Below are positions 6,916 to 7,355 of a stretch of 7,355 nt of DNA, piece by piece. A program made the translations under genes and the position numbers. This stretch comes from PVC group bacterium. GTDB taxonomy: Bacteria > GCA-001730085 > JADFSZ01. Below the pieces are notes generated by a model. That model had not been told where the DNA came from, ran no database searches, and was given only the letters and a program-made list of their open reading frames with translations. Position 1 is the first letter of the stretch; every line of letters begins with the position of its first letter. The stretch spans positions 1 to 7,355 of the forward strand of contig JADFSZ010000086.1 in the NCBI GenBank assembly GCA_022560555.1. The letters are read 5' to 3'.

Positions 6916-6921
6916 AAGGAG
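6916..6921 (+). promoter_or_regulatory. Shine-Dalgarno sequence (AAGGAG) for nxrB-like gene
   Basis: A consensus SD lies 6 nt upstream of ATG 6928. Confidence 0.7.
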
Positions 6922-6927
6922 TCGAAC

Positions 6928-7290
6928 ATGAGTCAGGTCTATAACTGGCAGATCAATCGTAATATGGAATATCCTCACGAAGAGCATCATCCGGATCGAC
7001 AGTTTGCGTTTGTATTTAATTTGAATCGTTGTATCGGATGTCAGACATGCACCATGGCCTGCAAATCGACGTGGACGTTTTCTAAAGGTCAGGAATATAT
7101 GTGGTGGAACAATGTGGAAACAAAGCCTTACGGGGGATATCCCCAGTTTTGGGATGTAAAACTTTTAAAAATGCTTGATGAGGCCAACCCGAATGAACAA
7201 GTTTGGAACGGAAAAACTTTTGAAGGCAAAACCATCTTTGAAGCCACCAAGAAGAATATTTCCAAAGAGTCCCAAAGAGTGATGGGGTAG
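6928..7290 (+). CDS. nxrB: Fe-S beta subunit of nitrite oxidoreductase/nitrate reductase type (NxrB/NarH-like). The N-terminal 120 codons end at an in-frame TAG, so this is a possible pseudogene, sequencing error or read-through site.
   Basis: MSQVYNWQINRNMEYPHEEHHPDRQFAFVFNLNRCIGCQTCTMACKSTWTFSKGQEYMWWNNVETKPYGGYPQFW closely matches, from memory, the N-termini of Nitrospira and Kuenenia NxrB (..VYNWQLGR.M.YP.EE..P..QFA.VFN.NRC..CQTC.MA.KSTW.F.KGQE.MWWNNVETKPYGG.PQ.W). It includes the first ferredoxin-type C-x2-C-x2-C-x3-C motif. Full-length homologs are about 430 aa, and here the frame stops at TAG 7288-7290. Confidence 0.8.
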   Translation: MSQVYNWQINRNMEYPHEEHHPDRQFAFVFNLNRCIGCQTCTMACKSTWTFSKGQEYMWWNNVETKPYGGYPQFWDVKLLKMLDEANPNEQVWNGKTFEGKTIFEATKKNISKESQRVMG

Positions 7291-7355
7291 ATTCCCACAG
7301 ATGAAGAATGGCGAATTCCGACAATCAATGAAGATAATGCCGTGGGTCCAAAAGG
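7291..7355 (+). other. nxrB: Same-frame continuation of NxrB-like coding sequence downstream of the TAG; runs off the window
   Basis: The codons directly after TAG read IPTDEEWRIPTINEDNAVGPK with no stop up to the window edge. This resembles the (G-Y)-I-P-x-D-x-E-W-R-x-P-N-x-G-E-D-T-A segment I recall in NxrB homologs. Homology therefore crosses the stop codon without a frameshift. Confidence 0.65.

Noticed and set aside
5742-6925. Short similar strings just upstream of the NMO-like and nxrB start codons (ATAAAGTCGA at 5742-5751 versus ATAAGGAGTCGA at 6914-6925), as possible insertion-site duplications
   Set aside because: The shared blocks are only 4 and 5 nt, interrupted by an indel, and both overlap purine-rich RBS regions. 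This is indistinguishable from chance.
6852-6927. Search for a sigma54 (-24 TGGCAC / -12 TTGC) promoter or a Moco riboswitch upstream of nxrB, and likewise in 172-224 and 5660-5759
   Set aside because: TGGCAATTGTGG (6878-6889) superficially resembles a -24 element. However, no correctly spaced GG-N10-GC pair is present, and none of the spacers is long or structured enough for a Moco riboswitch.
7288-7290. Pyrrolysine or genome-wide TAG reassignment as the explanation for the nxrB TAG
   Set aside because: No TAG occurs among about 2,160 sense codons of the four complete genes, although Tyr and other residues are abundant. Pyl is known essentially from methylamine methyltransferases. The aligned residue appears to be an ordinary Tyr. 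This cannot be fully excluded without the rest of the genome.
1-7355. Scan for tRNA/rRNA genes, CRISPR repeats, IS elements or transposase genes, and long direct or inverted repeats
   Set aside because: I recognised none by eye. The window is almost fully occupied by the seven same-strand coding regions.

Overview
All coding regions are on the + strand. Together they look like a rearranged locus for a periplasmic nitrite oxidoreductase-type enzyme (NXR; Nitrospira/Nitrospina/anammox-like clade of type II DMSO-reductase-family molybdoenzymes). In order: (1) the 3' end of an unidentified Cys/His-rich protein; (2) a Sec-exported fusion of two class-I c-type cytochrome domains (CAVCH, CADCH) with a C-terminal EB_dh/DOMON-type heme b domain, i.e. 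an NxrC-like gamma subunit carrying two extra c hemes; (3) a Tat-exported 1146-aa Mo-bisPGD catalytic subunit (NxrA-like); (4) a 97-aa orphan ORF translationally coupled to nxrA; (5) a signal-less FMN oxidoreductase of the nitronate monooxygenase/FabK (2-nitropropane dioxygenase-like) family; (6) the 5' part of an NxrB-like Fe-S beta subunit. Three points deserve a second look. nxrB carries an in-frame TAG (7288-7290) where I expect a conserved Tyr codon, and NxrB-like sequence continues in the same frame afterwards. nxrA and nxrB, normally adjacent, are separated by two unrelated genes. The NMO/FabK-like gene has a visibly different codon signature and long flanking spacers, suggesting an insertion. 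I found no tRNA, rRNA, CRISPR array, transposase or convincing intrinsic terminator. Family assignments come from motifs read by eye and from memory of homologs, with no database search.
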